DNA of 63,988 bases, filler included, from Conidiobolus incongruus B7586 (taxonomy: Eukaryota), in the NCBI GenBank assembly GCA_000697335.1. It is 6 parts of 6 records of this genome, joined end to end, with 100 filler letters (N's around TTAATTAATTAA, not from the genome) between each part and the next. Parts side by side here need not be neighbours in the genome. Positions count along the whole stretch, not along the records: positions 47,620 to 61,191 come from JNEM01000082.1; positions 61,292 to 62,840 come from JNEM01000092.1; positions 62,941 to 63,988 come from JNEM01000198.1; 3 more parts are not named here. One strand, 5' to 3'. The notes below the pieces were generated by a model that ran no database searches, was not told the DNA's origin, and saw only the letters and a program-made list of their open reading frames with translations. Both the position numbers and the translations under genes were made by a program. Position 1 is the first letter of the stretch. Each line of letters begins with the position of its first letter. Shown piece by piece: positions 53,331-63,988 of this stretch.

Positions 53331-54075
53331 ACTTAATTCTACCTATAATCTAATAATATCCTAAATTGAAATATATATATCATGGCGACTATTAGAAGTA
53401 GAATACTACTTTTGAATTTGATAATAATTAAAAATTTTATTAAAATAGATCAAATTTTTAGGTTTTTTTTTAAAAATAATATTCATTTTTAAATATTATT
53501 ACTCTATTTATCATATTTCAATGGTTTAATAATTTTGTCTTTGATTTTTCTTTTTTTTTTTCAAAATTATGTCATTAGTTGCCAATTGGTAATATATTAA
53601 TATTGAGATTATTCTATTGAAATCATAATAATGATATTTTTATATTATAATTTTCAAGCAAAGGTTAATATCATTGAGAATTAGAGTTTATATGTATCAA
53701 AAGATCTGACTAATATTTATTTATATAAAATTTTATTTTCAATTTATAATAATAAATTAATAAATTATATTGTAACATAAATTATCAAGTTTCATCATGA
53801 AATTACAAAAATTATAAACGAAGACAATTTTAGTAAAATATTATAAGAGGATATAGAGAAAAAGGGAAACCACATATTGAATAAAATTTATTCTAAATAT
53901 ATTGAAGTTTGAGGAAAGTTCCAGAAATTATAATATCACAAAAAATTTTCAACTTATTAACTGTGTTTATTTGTATAATACATTTTCCATTCCGATTGTT
54001 TTAGTTCTTAAAAGTATTAATATTAAATTTAATAATAATAAAATGACTTAGATATACTGCAAGTGCACTGATTTG

Positions 54076-55800
54076 ATGATCAATTTAGAGCTTATTACTT
54101 GAGTCAATCTCACAAAAGAAATCTTTGTTAAAATCGCTGATTTTATTTAAAAGATTACAATTACTTATTAGGTTAATAAACAAATATTGGTGCAAATCTG
54201 TTAATCTTTAAATCTTTTCATATTTTATCAAAATATGACAGAAATAAAGTGCTTAATTCACTTCAAAATTATGGATAGGGTTAATAAGTTTGCTTAAATC
54301 CATTCCATTATTAGAATGACCATATTATTAAATGAATAATTAATCTGTCGTGATCGATTGAAAATATGAATTGAGCAGGATCATAGGATTAGTAATAAAA
54401 TTAATATATTAGATCAATTTAAGTTCAATCAGCATCATTCACTCAGAACTTAATTTTTCAAATAATTATGATGGTATTATCCCATTACTGAATAAACTAT
54501 CACTCTCGTATATTAATAGATTAATCTTATATTCAGACTCAGATCAAATATCTCTGGCGGTAAAAACTACATTATTATGAAAAATATAAGATATTTTAAA
54601 TGGAATTTACCCTATCCAACTTATTTAGATCCAAAGATTAATAATCCCATTATTGTGGCTCCCAGTCAATTATTTATCCACTCTAATTTAGATCACATTA
54701 ATCTATCTATCGATATTATTTCTAGTGGCGAAGTTTATAATCCTTCGTATTTCCGCTTAGAACGCATTATGTTTTCCAGTCTTTTTTCAATAATTTAAAA
54801 AATTTTAAATTATTATGTTTGTTACGTGCCAGAGTATCGATAACTTCATTTTTTGACAAATTGTTAAGCTCTCATCAATACTGATTGACCAACATAATCA
54901 AGCTAAGGCTTTTTGTATCGATGGATATCTATTGATCTATATTATCCAATGCTATAACTGATATATAAATTCTAATTTACCTTTCCAACATTATCCTAAT
55001 CCAAAAAGTTTATTACCTCTATGTTGCCTTGAAAAGCTATGTTGTTATATTTTCGACACTCGATTAAATCAAGGTTATCAAGTGATTCAGCATTTTTATT
55101 AAATCTAGTCTCTTTGAATATTACTGATGAAGCTTTAGAATATTGATGGTGAATAATCTTGTCCATCACTCAAGGAACTCCGATTATCACGCTGATTCAA
55201 GAAGTCAGATTGGAGATACATCATTTTCTGAACTGGTTGAACCCATTAGTTAATAAACACATCTTTCTGCCTTCATTTCAAAATTATCCAGTCTCTAAGT
55301 TTTTCTCGTGACACTCACAAAAGTATTGAGTATTTACTTTATTCGCAGTAAGCCATTTTCACCTAATTTGGTGAACCCCATTAATTTCCCCTAATTTTGT
55401 GGTAACCTATTGTCTACCACTGGCGCTTCCCCGTTTAAGCTCATAAAAAATATTCCCTCTAGCGGTTACGGCCGTCAATATCAAAATATTGTTACAGATG
55501 CTAATTATACTTCGTTTCTATTTCCTGAAATCATCTATATGTTTTTAGTTCTCATGAATTGTAATCTTGATCGACTTATTAGAGAATTTCGAGTCCCTCT
55601 CAAATTACAACAGATATATATTATAATTTATTTCAGTAATATAAAATTAGTCAGCTCATTGGTTACTAAAGGAACTAATATGCGACTATTATATATTCAC
55701 ACCTACAGTCCCATTTTTGAGATTCACTTTTCAACTAGGACAAGAAAGATAAAAAGACTTTTGAAGTTCCTTGTATTAATTCAATTAGTTTTCATTTTGT
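54076..55800 (+). pseudogene. F-box/LRR-like pseudogene, paralog of 58245-59804
   Basis: MINLELIT*VNLTKEIFVKIADFI...RLINKYWCKSVN matches the intact N-terminus. C-terminal FLFPEI...NLDRLIREFRVPL...LVSSL...LYIH matches LLFPKV...NFKRLITEYNEPL...LVSKL...LYIH. Disrupted throughout. Confidence 0.82.
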
Positions 55801-58244
55801 AATTTACAGCAACTGATCTAACAATGATTAACTCTATATACATTATACATAACAAAGCATAAATTTATTGTATTTTATAATTAACGTGTTTCTAAACTTC
55901 CAAAATAAATATTAGTTTCAATCAAACTATACTACTGTATTGCTTTACTTTATATATATGATCATATGTAACTTAAAGATAGAAACATCAATTTATTAGT
56001 AAATTTTTAATCTAAAGTTGAAATACTATAGATTAAAATTTGAATAAATCATTGTGCCCTTACTATGATAGGAAGGTGTATTATTATTGATAATGTTGTA
56101 TAAATTATACCTTTATTATTGGATTTATCTGATAATTATGAATGACATGTCTGAATCTAAATATTTTAAGTTAGACTAAATAATTAATAAAAAATGAAAT
56201 AACAAGCCCCAAATATATGTATTTTAATTCAAAATTCATACCAATTATAGATTTGGTATAATAAACCTGAAATGAATTTTTTTATAGATTAGTTCAAATA
56301 TATATCTATGAAATTAAATTCAATAAAAATATTGATATTAATTTTTTAAACCTTATTATATTTTGATTTATATATTTTATTATGTCAATATAATTTTGAA
56401 CATTATAATATAAACTAATGGTTAAATTATAGTATTAGTTTTTTGATTTTTTTTATAATTTTCTATTTTAAATTATTTTAGAGGAATATAAAATTATTAA
56501 AGTGTAATTGAAATATATTATTTGATGAATTTAATCCATATAAATTATTAATCTATTTTTAAATAATAATGAGTATTTATGTATATTGGTTATATTTACA
56601 AATAAATCAATATTATATGCTTTAATAAATTTAAATAATTATTGGTTAGAGTTATAATCCAAATATGTTTATATAATTAAGTTATTTTAATAATTATTGG
56701 CAAAATAAATTTATATTGACTATAATATCTATACTATACATTTTCAATATATATTTATATTAAAATTATAATAACATTCAATAGTATTTTTAATCAATAA
56801 ATAAAAATTTAAAAATTTTCAAATATTCATTTTTAAGAAGTGTATATTATATTATATAATAGGATCATAAATGAATTTATATATTATTATAATACTAGGT
56901 ATATAAAATAAAAGAAATTTCTAGTAAATTAATATAGAATATAAAAGACCAGGTTTTAAGTACAAATTATATAATATTTTCCAAATCTTAATATAAACGT
57001 TAATGAATTGGTTTTTATCTAATTAATTTTGAAAACTTGATTCCAAATCTAATATATGTATATATGTATTTACTTCATTATTAATAATTTCAAAACAAAT
57101 TGTGTCAAGACAAAGTTAGATTAATATTATTAATTATTAGGAAATAATCATACCAAATATAATAAAAATCAAAAAATTCCAAAATAAACCATATCTAATA
57201 ATTATATAAAAATTATAATATTACTTTTTAATTCACGAAACAAAAATCCATTTAGATAATATCATTTTATCAAATATTTTTACTGCTGCTTACTATTTAA
57301 ATATTTCCTATAATTTTTGAAATAAAATTTGGGTAATAATTTGTATTTTTTAGTGTATTACTCTATCCTATTTGTTTAAAATATAATTATTAATAAGAAT
57401 TTATTAGAAATTTAGAAAAATAATTGTAGTAATTTTTATATCAAATATATAAATAATCAAAAAACTTAAATTAGAAAACAGAATAAGAGTTTGGTTACTA
57501 AACATTTTATTTAGATATATATTAATTTTTTAAATACAAATCTTTTTTTAAAATATATAATATAAAAGTATTATAAAATAATTTCATGTTATTTCCTCGT
57601 ATTGTTTTATGTTTTCAAGGTTACATTACATAGTCTGATAATAATATTATTCATTATATGACTAAAATAATAAAACTCTATTAAACATTTATACTATTGA
57701 AAAGCGAAGAAAAATTATTTTAAAGATAAATAATTGAAGTTTTTTACCAGTTGATGCCCTGATAACAGGATCAAAATGAATGACTCCACACCGAATTCTG
57801 TGAGAAGTTTCTGGATTAGAAATTTGTTAATATAATAGTTAATAGTTTGTTTAATATGTTTAAAACATTAAATGTAATAGGATTAAACTTTTGAAACAAT
57901 GGTAGAACTCATTTGTTAATCATTAACATATAAAATTAAACATGATAAAACTCATTATTCTAGAAATATATACAGGTTGATATAATATTCAAATGTTTTG
58001 GTATATTAGTTTCATCCAAGGTTATAAGTGGATACCTTTTACCGTTTTAAGAAAATAATCAAGAAATCAGAACCATAAAATTAATTAAGAATATAATTAT
58101 TATAAAAGATGAATGAATCGGAAATAAACAACTTGATTTAACCCTGATTTTGATTTTAAATCCCAATATTTTTGATTTTTTCACCTTACAAGTATATTCA
58201 TTTGTATTTTTATTTTTTTTATATTTTTACAGTTTTATCTAAAT

Positions 58245-59804
58245 ATGATGAAATATAATTCACCTACTATAACTTGGGCCAATCTCCCTACTCATATTAT
58301 ATTGTTAATAGCTACATTTACTGACAAATACTTTCTAATATCACACCGATTAATTAATAAACATTGGTGTAGGGCAATGAATACACTGATATTCGAGAGG
58401 TGTAAATCTGGTGAAATTGGTCATTTGGAATATTTTTTAGAGGTTTATCGACCTTTATTCCGTTGTTTCAGTAATTATCATTTAGATGAAGATAAAGTTG
58501 TTAAGGTTATTAGTTGGTTGGATATGATTGAAGAGTTGCAATGGAGAGAAAGGTCCAAATCTTTAGACATTCTGAAACTAGCGCTGACTACTTTCAATAA
58601 AATCAAATCTTTGGATTTGGAGATTGCGGGTCACGTCGAGTGGAACAATCGTCTCGACTGGAATCCAATATTTGAATCAATTCAAAAATTGTCAAAACTT
58701 GAAGAGCTAAAGATTTTCTTGAATAGTCGTTTATTACCTATTATTAATCTACTGCCACAATTTCAATTGACAAAATTAACTATTAAAACCGATTTACATT
58801 ATATGAATTCTATTATGAATAGCTATAAGACTATGGCACAATTGAAATATTTTCATTTAGAGATAGTATATTCAAGCGAACTAAACGATTCCTTGCGTCC
58901 TTGGGAAATGTCAACCCCAAAAATCTGGCTTGCTAACTCAAAATTAGAACACCTTTGCGTTTGGATCTACAACTATTCAGATGATCAACTACCCAATCAA
59001 TCCTATCTAAGGGATGAACTAATCAATACATTTTCAAACCCTTATTTCGGTAATTTAAAAACTTTCGAATGGCAGTTTTGGTGGTCAAACAATTTATCCA
59101 AAAATATTTTATTCAATCAACCAATCGATATTTGTTCGCCTAAGTGGACCAATTTGAAAAAACTAAGTCTCTTCTCCGTGGATGAATATTTAATGACGTA
59201 TATTATTGAGCACTGTCCCAACTTGTGCGAAATGTGTTTCGATTCTCCAATGGTTCGTCCCAATCATCCCAATCCTATTGATTTACCACCTCTCAAATCT
59301 CTTAGGAAATTACTCTTTGCAGGGTTTAGTCCCAATCTCCAGGATAATTACGAAGTTATCCGATATTTATTTCCCAACGTCGTTACTTTATGTTGCGATT
59401 CTCTCTACCGCAATTCGGACGATTCCCGTATGGACACTTATATGATTGTATTATTATTTCCTAAAGTAACCAAGATGCTATTCAATACACCCAAATATAA
59501 TTTCAAACGGCTGATTACTGAGTATAACGAACCTCTGAATTGGGAGGAATTATATATCCATATAGATGACAAAAATGAATTATTTGTGGAACAACTTGTA
59601 TCGAAACTCCACAATTTAAAAGTATTGTATATTCATGACCCTGTTCTCAAACATCAGTTATCAATCAACAATGACCATTTCCTAATATTATTGGCAGATC
59701 CCAAGGATAATATGAGCTTTGATATTAAAATTCGGTCTCGAATTCACTATTCGTTATGGGATAATATGGTGTATAGTATCAAATCTTGGATTGAAAAATT
59801 ATAA
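58245..59804 (+). CDS. F-box-like / RNI-like leucine-rich-repeat protein
   Basis: 519-aa intronless ORF. N-terminal WANLPTHIILLIATF...RLINKHWCR resembles an F-box. Recurrent LxxLxL and HCPNL/FPNV units are typical of FBXL-type LRRs. Confidence 0.8.
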   Translation: MMKYNSPTITWANLPTHIILLIATFTDKYFLISHRLINKHWCRAMNTLIFERCKSGEIGHLEYFLEVYRPLFRCFSNYHLDEDKVVKVISWLDMIEELQWRERSKSLDILKLALTTFNKIKSLDLEIAGHVEWNNRLDWNPIFESIQKLSKLEELKIFLNSRLLPIINLLPQFQLTKLTIKTDLHYMNSIMNSYKTMAQLKYFHLEIVYSSELNDSLRPWEMSTPKIWLANSKLEHLCVWIYNYSDDQLPNQSYLRDELINTFSNPYFGNLKTFEWQFWWSNNLSKNILFNQPIDICSPKWTNLKKLSLFSVDEYLMTYIIEHCPNLCEMCFDSPMVRPNHPNPIDLPPLKSLRKLLFAGFSPNLQDNYEVIRYLFPNVVTLCCDSLYRNSDDSRMDTYMIVLLFPKVTKMLFNTPKYNFKRLITEYNEPLNWEELYIHIDDKNELFVEQLVSKLHNLKVLYIHDPVLKHQLSINNDHFLILLADPKDNMSFDIKIRSRIHYSLWDNMVYSIKSWIEKL

Positions 59805-60639
59805 AAAATATCCCTGGAGCCAACAATTAACGTTGTATTAGATGAGTAATTCATTAAAGTTGAAATTCCAATATAATAAATATTATTGTATACCGAATTA
59901 AAATCTATTAGGATTTCATATAAATTCAGCTTTAGTTTAATATCATTACCAAAATAACTAACTAATCTAAAATCATTTCATAAATATGATATATTGAAAT
60001 ATTTTGTGAATATTATTCTAGATTTTTATTTATTTATTCTAAAATATTGTTCATACTTCATTGTAACATATATAATTGGATTTTTATATAAATAAATTCA
60101 ATCCTGAAAATCTAATAATCGTCAACTAGACCACAAATTGAATCGTTTTTTAATTAATATTAATGGATTGAATAAAAATTATTCAATTTATGAAAAAATT
60201 ATCACACTAAATTGAAACTCCTATTATTAAATATTAATTGAAATTTATACATTTCTATCTATATTATAATATTTACTATATTTATAATTTGAAATTTCTT
60301 TAGAAACATAACTATAGAATATACTCAAATAGTAATTGAATGAATTAAAGAATATTATATTTTTCATATTTATCAAAAACCTATTTTAATATATTAAACA
60401 AAATTAAAATTATTTGTGTATTTTTTATTAATGTCATTATAATACAGAATCCTCTTGTTTATTATTTATAATCTTGTAACTATATATAATAGCTTTTTGG
60501 ATTAAAATATTTACTTTTAATATTTATTATTTAATTTAATTATATGTAAACTAATTAATAATCATCAAAAGTTTTTTATTTTAGTATTAGTTAATCTTTA
60601 CCAAAATCCTCTAACATTATTTAAAATTTACAAACTATG

Positions 60640-61191
60640 TTTGGTAATGAAACATTATTTAAATCAACTATCTAGTACTAGGTCAGTTATTTTAAAGCTA
60701 GGTAAGAAATTATTTAAAACCTGATAATATCTAAAAAACTAAAATTAACTATCATTTTTTTAATTTCTAATAAAGTTAAAAAATATATTAAAAAAATACC
60801 ATTTTGTTTTATTTAAAGAATTATCAAGATATTATAATATTAACTTAATAAGTTTTTTATATATATTAAAATTTAAATATAAATTATTTAAAAAAATATA
60901 AAATATATATCTTATAATTTGATTAAAATTTAAAGAAATTAAAATAGTTATTATTAAATAAAACCTATTAAAATATAATTAATAACCAAAGCTTTTATAG
61001 TGAATTATTATAATTGATGAATCTTGGGTCATATTATATAGTTTTTTAATAAAATATAATTCAAGATATTAAATTAAGCTAAATTAATCTTTTTTATAAA
61101 TATTTTTAAATATGTTTTTTATTTTAAAATAAATATTAATTATTATAATTTATTATAATAAAATATGCTATTTTTATTTAGTTTTTAAAAA
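60640..61191 (+). mobile_element. Degenerate mariner-type transposase fragment (N-terminal half)
   Basis: 61013-61039 reads IDESWVILY, the first catalytic D motif (TxDESW/DEKW). DNA is collinear with 63000-63480. Truncated by the gap. Confidence 0.75.
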
Positions 61192-61291
61192 NNNNNNNNN
61201 NNNNNNNNNNNNNNNNNNNNNNNNNNNNNNNNNNNTTAATTAATTAANNNNNNNNNNNNNNNNNNNNNNNNNNNNNNNNNNNNNNNNNNNN
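61192..61291. other. Artificial contig linker
   Basis: 44N-TTAATTAATTAA-44N. Confidence 0.97.
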
Positions 61292-61800
61292 AAATTATTT
61301 TTAATTTTGGACTGAAACTACAAGTTACAATTTCTAATTCATTTTTGATGATATTGAAAACTTGAGGTCACCAAGCTTTTTGTAAAAAATTTCAAGCAAT
61401 TACAATCAGTTGGATTGAAATCAGGACAATATGGTCAATAAGATAATTTTCACCAGTTATTTTAACCAATAAGTTTTTAACTAGTTTAAAGTGATAGTTG
61501 CTTTGATCATCATATAAAATCATAGGTTTTCTAATTTGATTTAAAATCGACCATTTTAATGTGTCTGGGTAATATTTATTTATCAAGGTTTAATATGCAT
61601 TGTTTAACCTTTACGAAATAATATATGAAAGACTTACAATTGAAATTTAGACCAATTATTAGCACATTGTTAAATGATAAAATCTTGAACATTTTCCTAT
61701 ACTGAAGCTATTTTCTTTATTATTCAACAATTTATTCATTTTTGTCCAAAACTTGATATAAAAGCAAATTAATTTTTATAGGTTATATTGATTTGATTAA
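61292..61800 (-). mobile_element. Degenerate mariner-type transposase fragment (catalytic region)
   Basis: RKPMILYDDQSNYH (the HDNAxxH position) is followed after a frameshift by NW*KLSY*PYCPDFNPTDC (the PYSPDLAPSDY position). The two Asp codons at 61511 and 61407 are 104 nt apart, i.e. D34D spacing minus one base. Confidence 0.75.
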
Positions 61801-62795
61801 ATAACATTGTTCCTCTTTTTTATAATTAAAAATTTGAATGACTATATTAATAGCTCGCTAATGCATTAATTATATGATCATTTCTATAAGTTAATACTTA
61901 TATTTAATTAAATTCATTTAAATTATCTGTAATCATTCATTAAAAACTAATATATTTTTACATGAAATTCAAGCTAATTTGTAATTAATTTATTTTTCCT
62001 ATACATTGTAGTTTAATAAATTATTTTACAGGATTCCATGATAATTTATATTATTCATTAAAATTAATTATGGTTTATTAAGATTGAAATGTATTTAATT
62101 AAAACTTAACAAAGATATAACTTATTTTGTGATAATTATATAAAAATAAGGGCCAAATTTTATTTGAGGTTATTATTTGTTCTAATAACCAATGGTATTT
62201 ATTATGGTTATGGAAGTTGCTCTAAGCTAAAGTAATCCTCTTAACCTTTTAATTTGATATTTGGATATTACAAACTATTTTTCCTTTTTTATAACAATAA
62301 TAATTTTAAATTAAAATTAATTTAGAAGAAACTAATATAATTTGGTTATTCCATAATATAATAATTAATTTATCTAATAACTTTGTCATAAATATTAATT
62401 AAGATAATAAAATAAAATATACCCTTATATTTTATAAAAAACAGACTTATAATTATAAACTTTATATAAATTTTGATGGTATTAAAACTATAATAATATT
62501 TTAACAAATATAATAAAAATGATATATAAAAAATAAGTAATTAATATATAATATACTTAATAATTCACTTAAATATAAAAGAGTTTTAATAAATTTTTTA
62601 TGGATAAATTAATAAAATAAATATCATTTATTATATATTATAATTGATAAGTATATTATTATATCTAGTAATTCAAAAAATAATTAAATAATTAATAGGG
62701 GAAATAATTTATTATTAGATAAAAAGACAAGATTATTAATTAATATCATTATAAGGATTAGAATATAAATAAAAATAGTAATTTATAAAACATGG

Positions 62796-62798
<3 letters not shown>

Positions 62799-62831
<33 letters not shown>
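62799..62831. repeat. (TA)n microsatellite near contig end
   Basis: Directly visible. Shorter (TA)n runs also occur near 6628 and 17322. Confidence 0.9.
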
Positions 62832-62835
<4 letters not shown>

Positions 62836-62840
62836 GAATA

Positions 62841-62940
62841 NNNNNNNNNNNNNNNNNNNNNNNNNNNNNNNNNNNNNNNNNNNNTTAATTAATTAANNNN
62901 NNNNNNNNNNNNNNNNNNNNNNNNNNNNNNNNNNNNNNNN
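62841..62940. other. Artificial contig linker
   Basis: 44N-TTAATTAATTAA-44N. Confidence 0.97.
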
Positions 62941-63900
62941 TAATAAAATATTATTTAAATTAATAACTTATTGTTATACAAATTACTTTATGATTAAAAA
63001 AGAAATTATCCAAAACTTATTAAAATCTAAAAGACTAATTTTAATTGTTACTTTTTTAATTATTAATAAAATAAAAAAAATATTAAAATACCCTTTTATT
63101 TTAGTTAAAGAATTATCAAAACACTTTAATATTAGTTATATAAGTATTTTATATATATTAAAGTTTTAATTCATATTAATTAATAAAAATATAAAATAGG
63201 TATCTTATAATTTAACTAAAGCTTAAAAAAAGCTAAAATAGCTATTGCTAAATAAAACTTATTAAGGTATAGCTAGAAATCAAAGCTTTTACAACAAATT
63301 ATTATAATTGATGAATTTTAGATTTATTTATATAATTTTTTATCAAAATATAAATCAAAATGCTAGATTAAGCTAATTCAACCTTTTTTACAAATTCTTT
63401 TAAATAAATATTTTATTGATAAGTGAATGTTTAATATTATAATAGATTTTAATAATATATGCTATTCTTTTATAAAATTTAAAGGAAAATCAATCAATAA
63501 TAAAGATTATATTTTTTCTAATTAAAACTATTTTGAATTGTTATTTTTAATATAATTTAAAAAGACCAATTATATAGAATAATAATTATAAAATATATTC
63601 ATTTATTGTTAAATAAACTTTCTAATCAAAAATAATTAAAAAAAACTATTATATCTAGTATATTTTTTAGATTATAGCCCATATGATTATAATTATTTTA
63701 AATAATTAAAAAACTAGGTCATAAGAAAGAAAATTCCTATAGGAAGATTTAATTAATTAGTAAAATATCAAATTTTAGTTTTTAATAAAGAGAATTATTT
63801 TTTAAATATAAGATCTTTATTAAAAATATAATAAAAAGTTATTAGAGGTAAAGGATATTATTAATTTTATATTACATAAATATTTTTTTATATATTAAAA
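62941..63900 (+). mobile_element. Near full-length degenerate mariner-type transposase
   Basis: Motifs in the expected order: *VSYNLT (WVPHEL), IIIIDEF*IY (TxDExW), RPII*NNNYKIYS (HDNAxxH) and YLVYFLDYSPYDYNYF at 63652 (HPPYSPDxxPxDY). The inferred second and third Asp positions are 104 nt apart. Confidence 0.8.
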
Positions 63901-63988
63901 TATTTTTTTTAATTATAAATAATTTCTGTTATTTAAATTACAAAGTAATATCATGTAAAATTATAATTTTTTTATATTATATTAATAA

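Noticed and set aside
48870..55800. In-frame stops in the paralogs as evidence of an alternative genetic code or readthrough
   Set aside because: All three stop types occur alongside frameshifts, and intact genes translate normally with the standard code.

Overview
Very AT-rich eukaryotic DNA, almost certainly fungal: short ~40-60 nt GT-AG introns, a Cdc25-type SH3-RasGEF and a Crh-type GH16. The gene content suggests an early-diverging fungus, possibly Entomophthorales-like, but that is inference only. Five artificial 100-nt linkers (44N-TTAATTAATTAA-44N) split the window into six contigs, so adjacency across them is not guaranteed. Contents in order: (1) a tandem array of three intact intronless membrane-anchored UDP-glycosyltransferases plus one pseudogene; (2) a secreted Gly/Asp/His-rich repeat protein; (3) a 4-exon SH3-RasGEF; (4) a GH16 lacking its catalytic residues; (5) a decayed MFS transporter; (6) an MSH5 gene with about 24 introns that the ORF track missed, bracketed by an intact tRNA-Met and a decayed copy of it; (7) a 3-exon hypothetical gene followed by hairpins; (8) one intact F-box/LRR-like gene with three pseudogene paralogs; (9) at least four hidden mariner-type transposase relics whose decay is dominated by C>T/G>A transitions. 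I cannot show a new multi-gene system. The best leads are the RIP-like hypermutated mariner relics, the animal/EGT-like UGT array and the catalytically dead GH16.
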